A stretch of DNA of 64,000 nucleotides from Armatimonadota bacterium. GTDB taxonomy: Bacteria; Armatimonadota; SYMT01. Positions 1 to 8,681 of this stretch are shown one piece after another (the stretch's first letter is position 1; each line of letters starts with the position of its first letter). The stretch covers positions 192,001 to 256,000 of the forward strand of contig JAWLHY010000012.1 in NCBI GenBank assembly GCA_041690135.1, given 5' to 3'. The notes beneath the pieces were generated by a model. The model was not told the DNA's origin and made no database searches. It saw nothing but the letters and a program-made list of their open reading frames with translations. Both the position numbers and the translations under genes were made by a program.

Positions 1-340
1 CCCCGCACAGAAGCCGGGGGCGGTCGGCGTTTCTGGGCTTGGCCCGGGGGCGGTGGGAGAAACTCCGGGGCTCGGGCCGCAGCAGGGGAAGCCGCAACGG
101 GTCCCCGCACCCCAGGGGATTCCAGCAACGGTACCTACGCGCGGCGCGTCGGTCGCGCAGCCGGAGCTTCCGGGGCCACCGCTTTCCCGGCAGTTGCCGC
201 TGGGGCAGAAGGTGCGGCACATCACGGGCCTGCGGGAAGCGGCGGACTGGCTGCCGTGGTTCCTCGCTGGCGGGGGCAACTGCCGCGCCAGGAGGGACGT
301 GGCGCCGGAGAAGGGAGGTGGTTGTTCGAATGGGGATTGA
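1..340 (+). pseudogene. 3' end or remnant of an ORF homologous to an internal Pro/Gly-rich segment of the 1790-aa polyvalent protein
   Basis: Frame is open from position 2 (PAQKPGAVGVSG...KPQRVPAP) to TGA at 340; nt 1-135 align by eye with 26626-26752 and nt 1-40 with 23953-23990. Confidence 0.55.
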
Positions 341-1050
341 TAGCAGACGATCGAGGAACGGAGTGCCAGGCCTTTGCTGCTGACTTTCGGGTGGTGACGG
401 ATAGGGTTCGTTTGCCTCTCGGGCTCACCTACGCCGGGGGCAGCGGAGCCCCACGCGGCACGACGGGTGTAAGCCCAAGGGCCGGCGGGGACGGAGATCC
501 CGCCACCCCCGCGGGGCGTAAACCTACTTCTTCAGGTGCGAGGACAGAGCTCATGCCGTTCACCAAGAGCCACTTCTGCCGTGGCGCAGAGGGGGCGTTG
601 ACCGCCGGATCCTGTGCGGCAAGTGAACCACCCGTTTCGAACCCGAAGGATGAGGGCGAAGAGAGGCCGAAAAACTGAAGCAACTGAAGGCGCGGATCGA
701 GAAGATCGTGCGAGCCGCGGTGGCGGCAGGAGCACTACCTCTCGAAGGGCTGGAAACCTGGTGGCAGAGACACGACTCGCCGGTTCATTCTCGAAGAGGT
801 ATCCAGTGAGGTTGGCTGTCGATCGTAGAACGAGTGCGACGGCTTGCTTCGGTGTTGAGGTGGCAGATGGAGAATGACTCACCCTCCTGCTGGACGCTCC
901 TTGATGCGGGCAGACCCTCGGATGGGGATAGTTCGCAGGCGGTGGAGACGGTCATCACAGAGGTGAGCGGATTGCGGAGGGCCTTCATTGGGAGGAGCGA
1001 CCGTAGGGCCTGCCATGGACCTCGAAAGCCCGGACCGCAGGAGCAAGAAG

Positions 1051-1329
1051 ATGGATCCTATGCAGCAAGACGTATTCCGCCTTTCCGGATTAGAGGAACA
1101 CTGCCTGGCCACGTCTCTCGAAATGGCGCTTGCCATGCTGGATGCACACCGATCTGCAGCCCTGCAGGACGAAGGCCTGGGGCGGATGTCGCCGGAAGAG
1201 ATTGCGAGAATGGATGCGGAACTGGAGCGGATCGATCGCCTGGTGCGGGAGAAAGTGGCCGCCGGGGAGTTGCCGCTGGAGGGGGCGGGCACCTGGGAGC
1301 AGTACTGGGGGTGCGAACTGTCGCAGTGA
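1051..1329 (+). CDS. Small acidic helical orphan protein (candidate immunity/antitoxin)
   Basis: AGGAG 7 nt before ATG 1051; 92 aa with amphipathic-helix-like composition; no family recognised. Confidence 0.65.
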   Translation: MDPMQQDVFRLSGLEEHCLATSLEMALAMLDAHRSAALQDEGLGRMSPEEIARMDAELERIDRLVREKVAAGELPLEGAGTWEQYWGCELSQ

Positions 1330-1481
1330 GCGGAGGAACTGCTGCGAGGTGTCGCTGACTGTTGAAGCCGCAGGCAGTGACGTCTTTCAGCCCTGGTGAA
1401 GGAAGGCGAGGAGAGCACCGAGTTATCCCGGCCTACCGGATGATGCTGGCTGGCGCAAGCAGCGCAGGCGAGGGTTACGAA

Positions 1482-1691
1482 ATGGACCCACTCAGTGAGT
1501 ATGCCGAACTTATTAAGAGGAAGCAGAAATTCTTGCGTGTGTCAGAAGCCAAGGCAAGGTTTATTGTGGCGCTGGAACTTGGCCTGATCGATGGTGACAT
1601 CCGTGAGGAGCGCAGTGCCGACAAAGTTGAGGATGATGAAGCTCACCAGAAACCATGGCCATCCGGAGAACCGCCAGGAGGCGGTAGGTGA
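1482..1691 (+). CDS. Small orphan protein (candidate immunity/antitoxin)
   Basis: GAGG before ATG 1482; MDPLSEYAELIKRKQKF...; stop overlaps the next start. Confidence 0.55.
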   Translation: MDPLSEYAELIKRKQKFLRVSEAKARFIVALELGLIDGDIREERSADKVEDDEAHQKPWPSGEPPGGGR

Positions 1692-1933
1692 CAGCTTCTG
1701 CGTTCATGGATGAAATCGAACGGCTGATACAAGCAGGTGACACCGCTGGAATAGTGGCACTGGAGAAGGAGTATTTTCAACGCTTGAAGTACGAGCTGTC
1801 CCCTGAGGATCGGACGCAGTTGAGCGGTGCCATCTTGCCCTGGGCCACCATGGTCGAGAAGGGAGTGGAGCATCAACGTCGCATAGTTGTTGCGGACGAG
1901 ACTGAGGCAGCGGCTTGGGGAGGTGACCAGTGA
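1688..1933 (+). CDS. Small helical orphan protein (candidate immunity)
   Basis: GGAGG upstream; overlaps neighbours on both sides (GTGA with the next gene). Confidence 0.65.
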   Translation: MTASAFMDEIERLIQAGDTAGIVALEKEYFQRLKYELSPEDRTQLSGAILPWATMVEKGVEHQRRIVVADETEAAAWGGDQ

Positions 1934-2286
1934 AACTAACTGTCGACCACATGGCGGACGACTGGGAAAGGCACACGGGACAGGTGGTAACGCTGAAAGG
2001 AATTCTCGTCAGCCTGGGTGCGGAATGCTGGCTGGCTCCGGTCTCCGGCCCCTATTCTCCCGGTCCGCGCTGCGTCTTGTTGGATCAAGATGGTCTGTTC
2101 GAGGATCTTCTTGACGTGGCGCCGCGAATCGTGGGGACCTCTTACCAGTACGCGCACACAGCCGCCGTAACCGGGCAACTCGAAGTCGCGAATGGAAAGC
2201 CGTGGCCATTTCGGCTCACTGTGTTGGAGCGCGTGCGTCTGGAAGAGGATCGCGACCGGTACGGAATTCTCTACCGATACCGATAG
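1930..2286 (+). CDS. Orphan beta-rich (OB-fold-like) protein, candidate immunity
   Basis: GGAGGT RBS, GTGA overlap with previous stop; GQVVTLKGIL...AAVTGQL strand pattern. Confidence 0.7.
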   Translation: MKLTVDHMADDWERHTGQVVTLKGILVSLGAECWLAPVSGPYSPGPRCVLLDQDGLFEDLLDVAPRIVGTSYQYAHTAAVTGQLEVANGKPWPFRLTVLERVRLEEDRDRYGILYRYR

Positions 2287-2312
2287 GTCGAACGATGGGA
2301 GTGGATCCCGGA

Positions 2313-2840
2313 ATGGATCATCGAGCTTTCGTTTTTGACTACAGCCGGTTTGCCCGGGAGTTGAAGCCGGTGCTGGAAAGGGCGCTGGAGACGGATGACC
2401 CCGCGGAGATCGTCCGCTTCATCGTCGCTCATCGCACGAAACTGCGTGACCCGGACGAGGGCGAACCTCTCCCGGAGGACTGGGAAAGCCGGCTCGAGGT
2501 GGGTGACATCCATGAGTATGGAGACCTGGCGCTCACCCGGTACTATGACCCGCGGGAAGATCTCGGCATGGGGAACGGCTGGGATCTGGTTCAAGACCTG
2601 ATCCACGCCGATCCGTCCCTATCGGTATCGCCGATCCTTGGCGTTCCGGTGGGTACGTGGGAACACCCCTTCGACCCGGGGCGCCTCGGGTCTTACTTCC
2701 AGAGCCCGGAAATGGTCCAGGCGCACCTCGCCTACCTTTCACGACGGTCCTCGTCGGCCGCGGTTGCCGGTCTGGACCAGGCTACCGAGATGCTCAGGGC
2801 AGCCGCCCAGCGGGACCAGGGGTTGTACGTGACCTTTTGA
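2313..2840 (+). CDS. Hypothetical protein, immunity-protein-like
   Basis: 175 aa, acidic; starts MDHRAFVFDY and ends in helix plus GLYVTF strand; alternative start at 2295. Confidence 0.75.
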   Translation: MDHRAFVFDYSRFARELKPVLERALETDDPAEIVRFIVAHRTKLRDPDEGEPLPEDWESRLEVGDIHEYGDLALTRYYDPREDLGMGNGWDLVQDLIHADPSLSVSPILGVPVGTWEHPFDPGRLGSYFQSPEMVQAHLAYLSRRSSSAAVAGLDQATEMLRAAAQRDQGLYVTF

Positions 2841-3081
2841 GCCCGGAGGGAGTGCTTGACGGGAAGCGGGTTGGGCAGAAATTGCCCAGAGTGGCGCTTC
2901 CGGATGGCTAATTCCGCGCGGTTCGGACTATCTACCCTATGGGAGAACCGCATCATTCCCTGATTCACGGCAGGGTAAGGGCTTTGTACCGCTGGTGAGC
3001 TGGAACGCTCGCCGGACCGTGATCCCCCAGAGCGGTGGTTTCTTCGTCTCCGGGAGAGACGAGAAGCGAGGAGGAAGGCCG

Positions 3082-3303
3082 ATGAGAGACACCCTGCCCC
3101 TGGAGGAGTTGCTGCAGGACGAGGGCTGGCGCCTGGCCCGGCGGGAGCTGGAGCGGAAAGCCCGGGTGAAGGCGGAGCGAATCGCCACGCACCGGTACGC
3201 GGATCTGCTGGAGCTGCGCGAGGACCAGGCAGAGCTGCGGGTGCTGCGGCAGTTCCTGCGGAGCGACCGGGAGGTGGTGGAGTGGCTGGCGCCGCGGGAC
3301 TAA
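3082..3303 (+). CDS. Small phage head-module protein (type usually found between portal and scaffold)
   Basis: GAGGAGG RBS; 73-aa helical protein (EGWRLARRELE...QAELRVLRQFL); sits before the scaffold gene. Confidence 0.7.
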   Translation: MRDTLPLEELLQDEGWRLARRELERKARVKAERIATHRYADLLELREDQAELRVLRQFLRSDREVVEWLAPRD

Positions 3304-3311
3304 GCCGAATC

Positions 3312-3349
3312 TCACCACGGAGCCACGGAGACACGGAGAAGATCACGGA
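3312..3349 (+). repeat. CACGGAG short tandem repeat (host intergenic family)
   Basis: caccacggagccacggagacacggagaagatcacggag; a reverse-complement relative lies at 36927-36952. Confidence 0.7.
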
Positions 3350-3538
3350 GAGCGGATGAGCAATCCTCGGCGTCCAGTGCGATGAATGAGAGCTGTGATT
3401 AGCCAGCATATTCGCAACAGAAGCCAGGCGAGGAGAGCTGAGGGTCGAACAGAAGCCTAAAGGGCAGTCTCATTGGAGATTGCGCCCTAACGGGGTGTGT
3501 GCTCATTGATTTGCAGACAACTGAAGAGTGGATCTTGA

Positions 3539-3640
3539 GGCCGTCTGTAGGGGACGGCCTTTTGTGTTGCTGGGCCGTCCGTAGGGGACGGCCTTTTGTG
3601 TTGCTGGGCCGTCTGTAGGGGACGGCCTTTTGTGTTGCGG
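3539..3640 (+). terminator. Three tandem 34-bp copies of an intrinsic terminator
   Basis: Units 3539-3572, 3573-3606, 3607-3640: GGCCGTC-ygtaggg-GACGGCC-TTTTGTGTTG, near-identical and without spacers. Confidence 0.85.
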
Positions 3641-3681
3641 GGCCGGACGAGCGATGGGCACCCGGCCCGGGAGGAGACTCA

Positions 3682-4626
3682 ATGTTCGAAGACACAGAGC
3701 GAGAAGACTGGGACCCGATGGCGCTGGAGGGCGAACTGGAGCTGGAAGCGTTGGAGGATCCGGAAGACCCGGACGATCCCGAAGACGCGATCGAGATGGA
3801 CGAGGAGGAGGAAGAGCTTCCCGAAGAGCTCCAGGAGCGCCTGGCGGCGGAGCGGGAGCGCCTCCGCAATGAGTACGAGGCGGAGTTCAGCCAGCACAAG
3901 GCCAACTACGGCCGGCGGTTCGGCACGGCGCTCCAGGAACTGCGCGGGCTGGGGTTCGACGTGGCGGAAGACGGCAAGGTGGTGGTACGGGACCCCCAGG
4001 CCGCCGCGCTGTTGAGCCAGCTGCAGTCCGCGCCGGAAGAACTGCCGGTTGAGGACGAGGAGCCGCCGGATCCGGCTTACGACCCGCGAGGCTACGCCGA
4101 TTGGCAGATGCGGCAGGTCCACCGGGAAACCGCGGCGATGGTGGGACCCCTCCGGCAGGAGCTGGAGCGGCTCCGCGGGCATACCCGTCAGCAAGCCCTC
4201 CCGGTGGCGGAAGCCGACGCCCGGGAGTACCTGGCCGAGATGGGGTTCGCGGGGATCACGGACCATCCCGAGTTCAGCCAGGTCTTCGAACAGGCTTTGC
4301 AGTCTCTTCCGGTGGAGCAATGGAACAACCCGCTGGCGGTGCGCACCGCGGCCTTCACGCTCATTCCGACGCTGCAGGCGGCCAGTGGCGGAGGTCGGAG
4401 CGCGCGCCGGACGCCCCGGCAGATGACGGCGGACGCGTACCGCGCCAGCCTGGGGCAGGTGGGCCCCGGTCGCGGCGGGGTGCGGGCGGCCTCGCAGGGT
4501 TATCCGGCGGACGTGCTGGAGGCGGCCCGGGCGAGCGGGATGACGCCGGACGAGTACATGGCCTACAGCGATCCGGACACGGCACGGCAGTTCGTGGAGC
4601 GGAAGCGGAAGCGAGGAGGGCGCTAA
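3682..4626 (+). CDS. Phage capsid scaffolding protein
   Basis: GGAGG RBS; very acidic N-terminus, coiled coils, C-terminal GMTPDEY motif then basic tail; upstream of decoration and capsid genes. Confidence 0.8.
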   Translation: MFEDTEREDWDPMALEGELELEALEDPEDPDDPEDAIEMDEEEEELPEELQERLAAERERLRNEYEAEFSQHKANYGRRFGTALQELRGLGFDVAEDGKVVVRDPQAAALLSQLQSAPEELPVEDEEPPDPAYDPRGYADWQMRQVHRETAAMVGPLRQELERLRGHTRQQALPVAEADAREYLAEMGFAGITDHPEFSQVFEQALQSLPVEQWNNPLAVRTAAFTLIPTLQAASGGGRSARRTPRQMTADAYRASLGQVGPGRGGVRAASQGYPADVLEAARASGMTPDEYMAYSDPDTARQFVERKRKRGGR

Positions 4627-4629
4627 ACG

Positions 4630-5520
4630 ATGACCAGACCGGTAACTACGAATGGAGAAGGGGTGACGACCCAGCGGGCGAAGGGGACGCAGCGAGCGCT
4701 CGCACCCCTCCGGGATACCCGGCGCCCGGACGCGGGGGCGCCGCGAGAGAGTGACGGAGCGGACATGAAAGGGGGTGAGGGGGTGACCGAGCAGGCAAAG
4801 GTGACAGACAACCAGGCGGGAAGCGAAGGGAAGAACGGCGGGGAAACGGCGCCGTCCCCCCGCACCGGCGAGTATGTGCAGGCGCCGGTGGACACGCTGG
4901 AGGCGCACCAGCGGCTGGCGGAGCGGGTGATGGAGCAGTTCGAGGCCGGCGCGTTCAACCGGCCGGAGGCGCCGGTGGAAGCGGCGCGCGAGCAGCGGCA
5001 GGTGCAAAGCGAGGTGGACCGCACCGAGCGCGAGCTGCTGAAGCAAGAAGCGTTGAACCAGCGGAAGCAGCGCGAGGAGTTCATGCGGGCCGCCCGGGAG
5101 CGCCGGATGCCGCGGGCGGTGACCGCCTCCCCGTTTGACGCGATGCCCGATCCCACGCTGATCCTGGACGAAGACGGCCAGCCCGCGGGGACGCCCGGCC
5201 ATCACAAGAAGCACGTGCGGATGGTCGACGACGTGCTGCGCGAGAGCAGCGGCCGGGTGGGCCAGATGGCGGTGTGGGGCTATAAGCCGGTGAAGAGCCG
5301 GGTGACCGGGAAGCCGATCGCCACCCAGTTCGGGCTGCTGATGGAGTGCGCGCCCGAGGCGGAGGGCCAGCGTCGCGCCTTCCACGGGCGCCGGGTGGTC
5401 TCCGAGCAGCTCGCCAACGAGAAGCGGCTGGATGCGGCGATCGAGAGCGTGAACCGGGAGTTCGGTGGGGAAGCGATCCGGCCGTTCCGCGACCGGGACC
5501 ATACGGCCGGGCGGAAGTAG
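4630..5520 (+). CDS. Phage head-module hypothetical protein (true start may be 4765 or 4783)
   Basis: 296-aa ORF with high GC3; H-V-R...GYKPV...GLLMECAPE pattern resembles the gene found between scaffold and decoration in gpT-capsid podoviruses. Confidence 0.7.
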   Translation: MTRPVTTNGEGVTTQRAKGTQRALAPLRDTRRPDAGAPRESDGADMKGGEGVTEQAKVTDNQAGSEGKNGGETAPSPRTGEYVQAPVDTLEAHQRLAERVMEQFEAGAFNRPEAPVEAAREQRQVQSEVDRTERELLKQEALNQRKQREEFMRAARERRMPRAVTASPFDAMPDPTLILDEDGQPAGTPGHHKKHVRMVDDVLRESSGRVGQMAVWGYKPVKSRVTGKPIATQFGLLMECAPEAEGQRRAFHGRRVVSEQLANEKRLDAAIESVNREFGGEAIRPFRDRDHTAGRK

Positions 5521-5524
5521 GAGA

Positions 5525-5720
5525 GCTTCGCCGATTAAGATGAGGATTACGATTAGGATAAGGAGGTGAGAGGAGGCTTCGGGTGGAGGGTGGAGGGTGG
5601 AGGGTGGAGGGTGGGGAGGCTTCGCCGATTAGGATGAGGATTACGATTAGGATAACGAGGTGCGAGGCTGAGAGGAGGTTCTGGTGGGAGGTGGGAGGTG
5701 GGAGGTGAGGGGTGAGAGGT
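5525..5720 (+). repeat. Composite intergenic repeat: two GATTAGGAT-rich units flanking (GGGTGGA)n and (GGTGGGA)n heptamers
   Basis: gcttcgccgattargatgaggattacgattaggataa at 5525 and 5619; related copies at 7334-7367 and, on the minus strand, 47991-48030. Confidence 0.85.
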
Positions 5721-5776
5721 GAATGGCAGTACGCTCCTGGGAGGGGGCGATTTTCGTTTTGTGGGAGTGAAGAACA

Positions 5777-6295
5777 ATGGCAACGATAGATCGTGTCCAG
5801 GCCGTGTTCAAGTGCGGGCCTGGCGGCGGAACGGTAATAATGCGGGGTGGTCCGGGAGAGGCCGCGAGCGCCTACGAGGACGCCTCGCAGAGTTGGAAGG
5901 CAGGGGCCTGGCTCCTGCGGGATAGCGACGGCGAGATTGAAGAACTCGCCGTCAATGATACGGCCACGGATCCCACCAAAATCCTCGGACAGGCGGTGGA
6001 GGACGCAACGGGGACGGCCGGAGAGCCGGTGCTCTACCGGCCGCTACGGCCAGGCTCCATTCTGATCTGCAACGTCTACCACGGCACCGTAGGCAGCGCT
6101 GTCACGGCGCGGAACCTGATGGATGATCCCCACTTCAATTTCACCTACGTCGCGCGCAAGCTCCACCTGGACATCGAAACCGGCGTGGATACCGGCAAAC
6201 CGATGGGGCGTATCATCCGCATCCTCGACACGCTGGGGGACACGTACGGACGGGTGGAGGTGGAGGTGATCGACACGATTGCGCTCCAGGGCTAA
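5777..6295 (+). CDS. Capsid decoration/cement protein
   Basis: 172 aa, beta-rich, KILGQAVEDA-type motif; immediately upstream of the major capsid gene. Confidence 0.7.
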   Translation: MATIDRVQAVFKCGPGGGTVIMRGGPGEAASAYEDASQSWKAGAWLLRDSDGEIEELAVNDTATDPTKILGQAVEDATGTAGEPVLYRPLRPGSILICNVYHGTVGSAVTARNLMDDPHFNFTYVARKLHLDIETGVDTGKPMGRIIRILDTLGDTYGRVEVEVIDTIALQG

Positions 6296-6321
6296 TCCGC
6301 CCTGCAACTACGTTTCACGCG

Positions 6322-6356
6322 ACCGGCCGGAGAGTGATCTCCGGCCGGTTTTTCTT
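6322..6356 (+). terminator. Intrinsic terminator
   Basis: ACCGGCCGGAGA-gtga-TCTCCGGCCGGT followed by TTTTCTT. Confidence 0.8.
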
Positions 6357-6385
6357 GGACGGATTCTTATGGAAAGGAATGAGCA

Positions 6386-7327
6386 ATGGCAGTGATCGGG
6401 AGTCCCACGACGCGGGCACACATTCCGAACATGCTGGAGGCCAACCTGCGGAAGTACTTCCTGCAGAGCGGCCAGCGGTTCGAGAAGAACAACCTCTATC
6501 CCCGCTTCTATAAGGTGGAGACCAGCGACAAGAAGCTGGAGCGGCACACCGTGGCGGCGGGCTACGGCACCTACGTGGCGAAACCGGAAGGTGACGTGCC
6601 CACCTACGACAGCGGCCAGGAAGCGTGGGCCAAGAGCTACACGCACAACACCTACGCGCTGGGGGCGGAGTTCACCAAGGAATCGCTGGAAGACGACCTC
6701 CACGGCCTGGTGAAGCGCCTCTCCCAGGTGGGCGGCGCGCTGGCCTCGGTGGCGTACTACACCAAGGAGCGCGACGCGATGGACCTGTTCAACAGCTACC
6801 TGACGAGCGGGACCGTCTACTCCGCGGGCGGCAGTAACTACCCGCTGCTGGCCACGAACCACTTCCTGGTGACCGGCAGCACCTGGGCCAACAAGCCGAC
6901 CACCTCCCTCGACCTCTCCGTGGAGTCGATGGAGTTCGCCATCGGCCACTGGATGATCAACCAGGTGAACCAGCGCGGCCAGGTGATGATGACCCGTCCC
7001 AGCCTGCTGCTGTGCGGCGCCAGCGACTGGGCGATCGCGCGGCGCATCCTGGGGACCCGCAACCGCCGGCCGCAGACCGCCGACAACGACATCAACGCGC
7101 TCACCGACTACGACCTGGAGGACCTGGCGCATCCGCTGCTCACCAATGACGGTCGGTGGCTCCTCCTGGCGCCGAACGATCCGGACTACGGCCTGACCTA
7201 CTACGAGCGGGTGAAGCCGAACGTGGAGCGGTGGCCGGATGCCGACAACGGCAACCTGCGGATGTGCGGGCGGTACCGCGAGAGCCACGGCGCGACCCAC
7301 GTGAGCGGCGTGTGGGGGAGCGACTAG
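6386..7327 (+). CDS. Major capsid protein, HK97 fold, Mu gpT-like family
   Basis: 313 aa; ETSDKKLE...GYG...KPEG...YD...YTHNTYALG.EFTKESLEDD and DNDINAL motifs typical of gpT-type capsids; AAGGA RBS. Confidence 0.9.
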   Translation: MAVIGSPTTRAHIPNMLEANLRKYFLQSGQRFEKNNLYPRFYKVETSDKKLERHTVAAGYGTYVAKPEGDVPTYDSGQEAWAKSYTHNTYALGAEFTKESLEDDLHGLVKRLSQVGGALASVAYYTKERDAMDLFNSYLTSGTVYSAGGSNYPLLATNHFLVTGSTWANKPTTSLDLSVESMEFAIGHWMINQVNQRGQVMMTRPSLLLCGASDWAIARRILGTRNRRPQTADNDINALTDYDLEDLAHPLLTNDGRWLLLAPNDPDYGLTYYERVKPNVERWPDADNGNLRMCGRYRESHGATHVSGVWGSD

Positions 7328-7680
7328 CCTGCGGCCGATTGGGATGAGGATTGCGATCAGGATAAGGAGGCCGGCCTACGGCCGGGGAGAGCCTCGCCCT
7401 ATCCTGGGCTAAAGGTAACCGAGTAGGGGACTGATCGTGGATCCTGAAGTCAGCGCGACGGGCTGGGGAGCGATCCCCGGCCCGGTTCATTTTCTGGGGT
7501 CGCACCCCGCTAAGACCCTCTGGGATGACCACGCACAGATCCGTGGTGGACGTGATTGCCTTCACCGGCGCACGGGGTCAGGCGTGAATGGGGTTGTGAC
7601 GAATGTATTGTGACCCGGGTTGACTGCGAGGGGCTGCGCCGAGACGCGGCTTCTCGAGGGACAGGGTTGAGGAGAGCGTA

Positions 7681-7875
7681 ATGCCGGTTTACCGGGGAGA
7701 CAGGGGGCGAACGCGCCGGACTTACCGGATACCCAGCACCACGAGGCTGAAAGCACCGGGACCCCTGGTGACGGATGCCCACAGCGGGGCGCCGATCAAC
7801 CAGAGCGATGCGGTGAAGCAGAACGGCCACTGGGTGCATAAGAGCCCGGCGCATGGCTCGCGGGACAAACCATAG
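7681..7875 (+). CDS. Small basic phage protein
   Basis: GAGGAG RBS; 64 aa; VTDAHSG...KQNGHWVH; lies between capsid and adaptor genes. Confidence 0.6.
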   Translation: MPVYRGDRGRTRRTYRIPSTTRLKAPGPLVTDAHSGAPINQSDAVKQNGHWVHKSPAHGSRDKP

Positions 7876-7978
7876 AGGGAGGTGAGAGGCAAGGGGTGCG
7901 AGGGCCGAGGCGGGGAACGCCCGGACCCTTCGCACCTCTAACTTCGCCCTTCGCACTGGTAGAGAAGGAGGTGAGCTG

Positions 7979-8614
7979 ATGGATGTGACGGAGGGACGGC
8001 TGCTGTTCCGGTCGTTGACGAACGAGCAGGACACGATGGTGCTGCCGGATACCGGGGATGGTGCCGGGGACCAGGCGGTGGATACCTACTTGCAGCGGGG
8101 GCTGGAAGAGTTCAGCCGGCAGGTGGGCGGCTACTTGATCGAGGAGAATGGCGACCTGTCCCTCGGCACTACGGGGCAGGTGGCGCTGCCAACAGACTTC
8201 GTGGACGTGTTGTGGGTCCGCGCCGCCGGTGGATCCTATCTCAAGCGCACTACATACGAAGAGTTGTTGGCGAACAAGGTCAACTGGGACAGCACCGCAG
8301 GGGCGCCCACGGACTATCTGGTAGTTGGCACAAATCTGCAGTGTTCCCCAAAGCTGGGCAGCGGCACTCTGGGGTTGACCGTGAAGTACGTAGCAGCGCC
8401 GGGCGCCTACGACACCGCCGCCTTTACCGGCATCGCTGAGCAGGACCACGCCCTCCCCGTCTACTACGCGGCGGCGCTGTTCATTCAGTTGCACAATGAC
8501 GTGCCGGAGATGCAGGCGCGGGCGGCAAACCTGCTGGCGCTGTTCTACAAGGGCTGTGAGGGGGCGCGACCGTTCTACGAACGCAAAAGGATGCCGGGGC
8601 GGAGGGCGCCGTAG
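7979..8614 (+). CDS. Head-tail adaptor/connector protein
   Basis: AAGGAGGT RBS; YLQRGLEEF, LPTDF, GAPTDY, HALPVYYAA pattern of podovirus adaptor proteins. Confidence 0.75.
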   Translation: MDVTEGRLLFRSLTNEQDTMVLPDTGDGAGDQAVDTYLQRGLEEFSRQVGGYLIEENGDLSLGTTGQVALPTDFVDVLWVRAAGGSYLKRTTYEELLANKVNWDSTAGAPTDYLVVGTNLQCSPKLGSGTLGLTVKYVAAPGAYDTAAFTGIAEQDHALPVYYAAALFIQLHNDVPEMQARAANLLALFYKGCEGARPFYERKRMPGRRAP

Positions 8615-8675
8615 CAGAAGGCAGTGGGCAGAAGGCAGAAGCAAGAAGGCGGAAGGCAGGAGGCAGTGGGCGGAG
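8615..8675 (+). repeat. GGCAG(A/T)(A/G) heptamer tandem repeat
   Basis: cagaaggcagtgggcagaaggcagaa...; same family at 9361-9405 as (GGCAGTG)n. Confidence 0.8.
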
Positions 8676-8681
8676 GGAGCC

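Noticed and set aside
340-1050. Overlapping ORFs on both strands (256-678, 429-683, 532-882, 614-877)
   Set aside because: No convincing RBS plus protein-like composition; left unannotated, possibly decayed cassette DNA
3539-3640. 34-bp palindromic repeats as a CRISPR array
   Set aside because: Units are head-to-tail with no spacers, end in U-tracts, and no cas genes are present
3679-5502. 607-aa minus-strand ORF and similar long antisense ORFs (13389-15410, 16111-18096, 34727-36565, 37827-39824, 43473-45035, 57792-59327)
   Set aside because: Antisense shadows of high-GC3 genes; no motifs or RBS
7370-7680. Structured ncRNA or ribozyme after the capsid gene
   Set aside because: Hairpins are present (for example 7459-7484) but no recognisable conserved core; an Infernal/Rfam search would be needed
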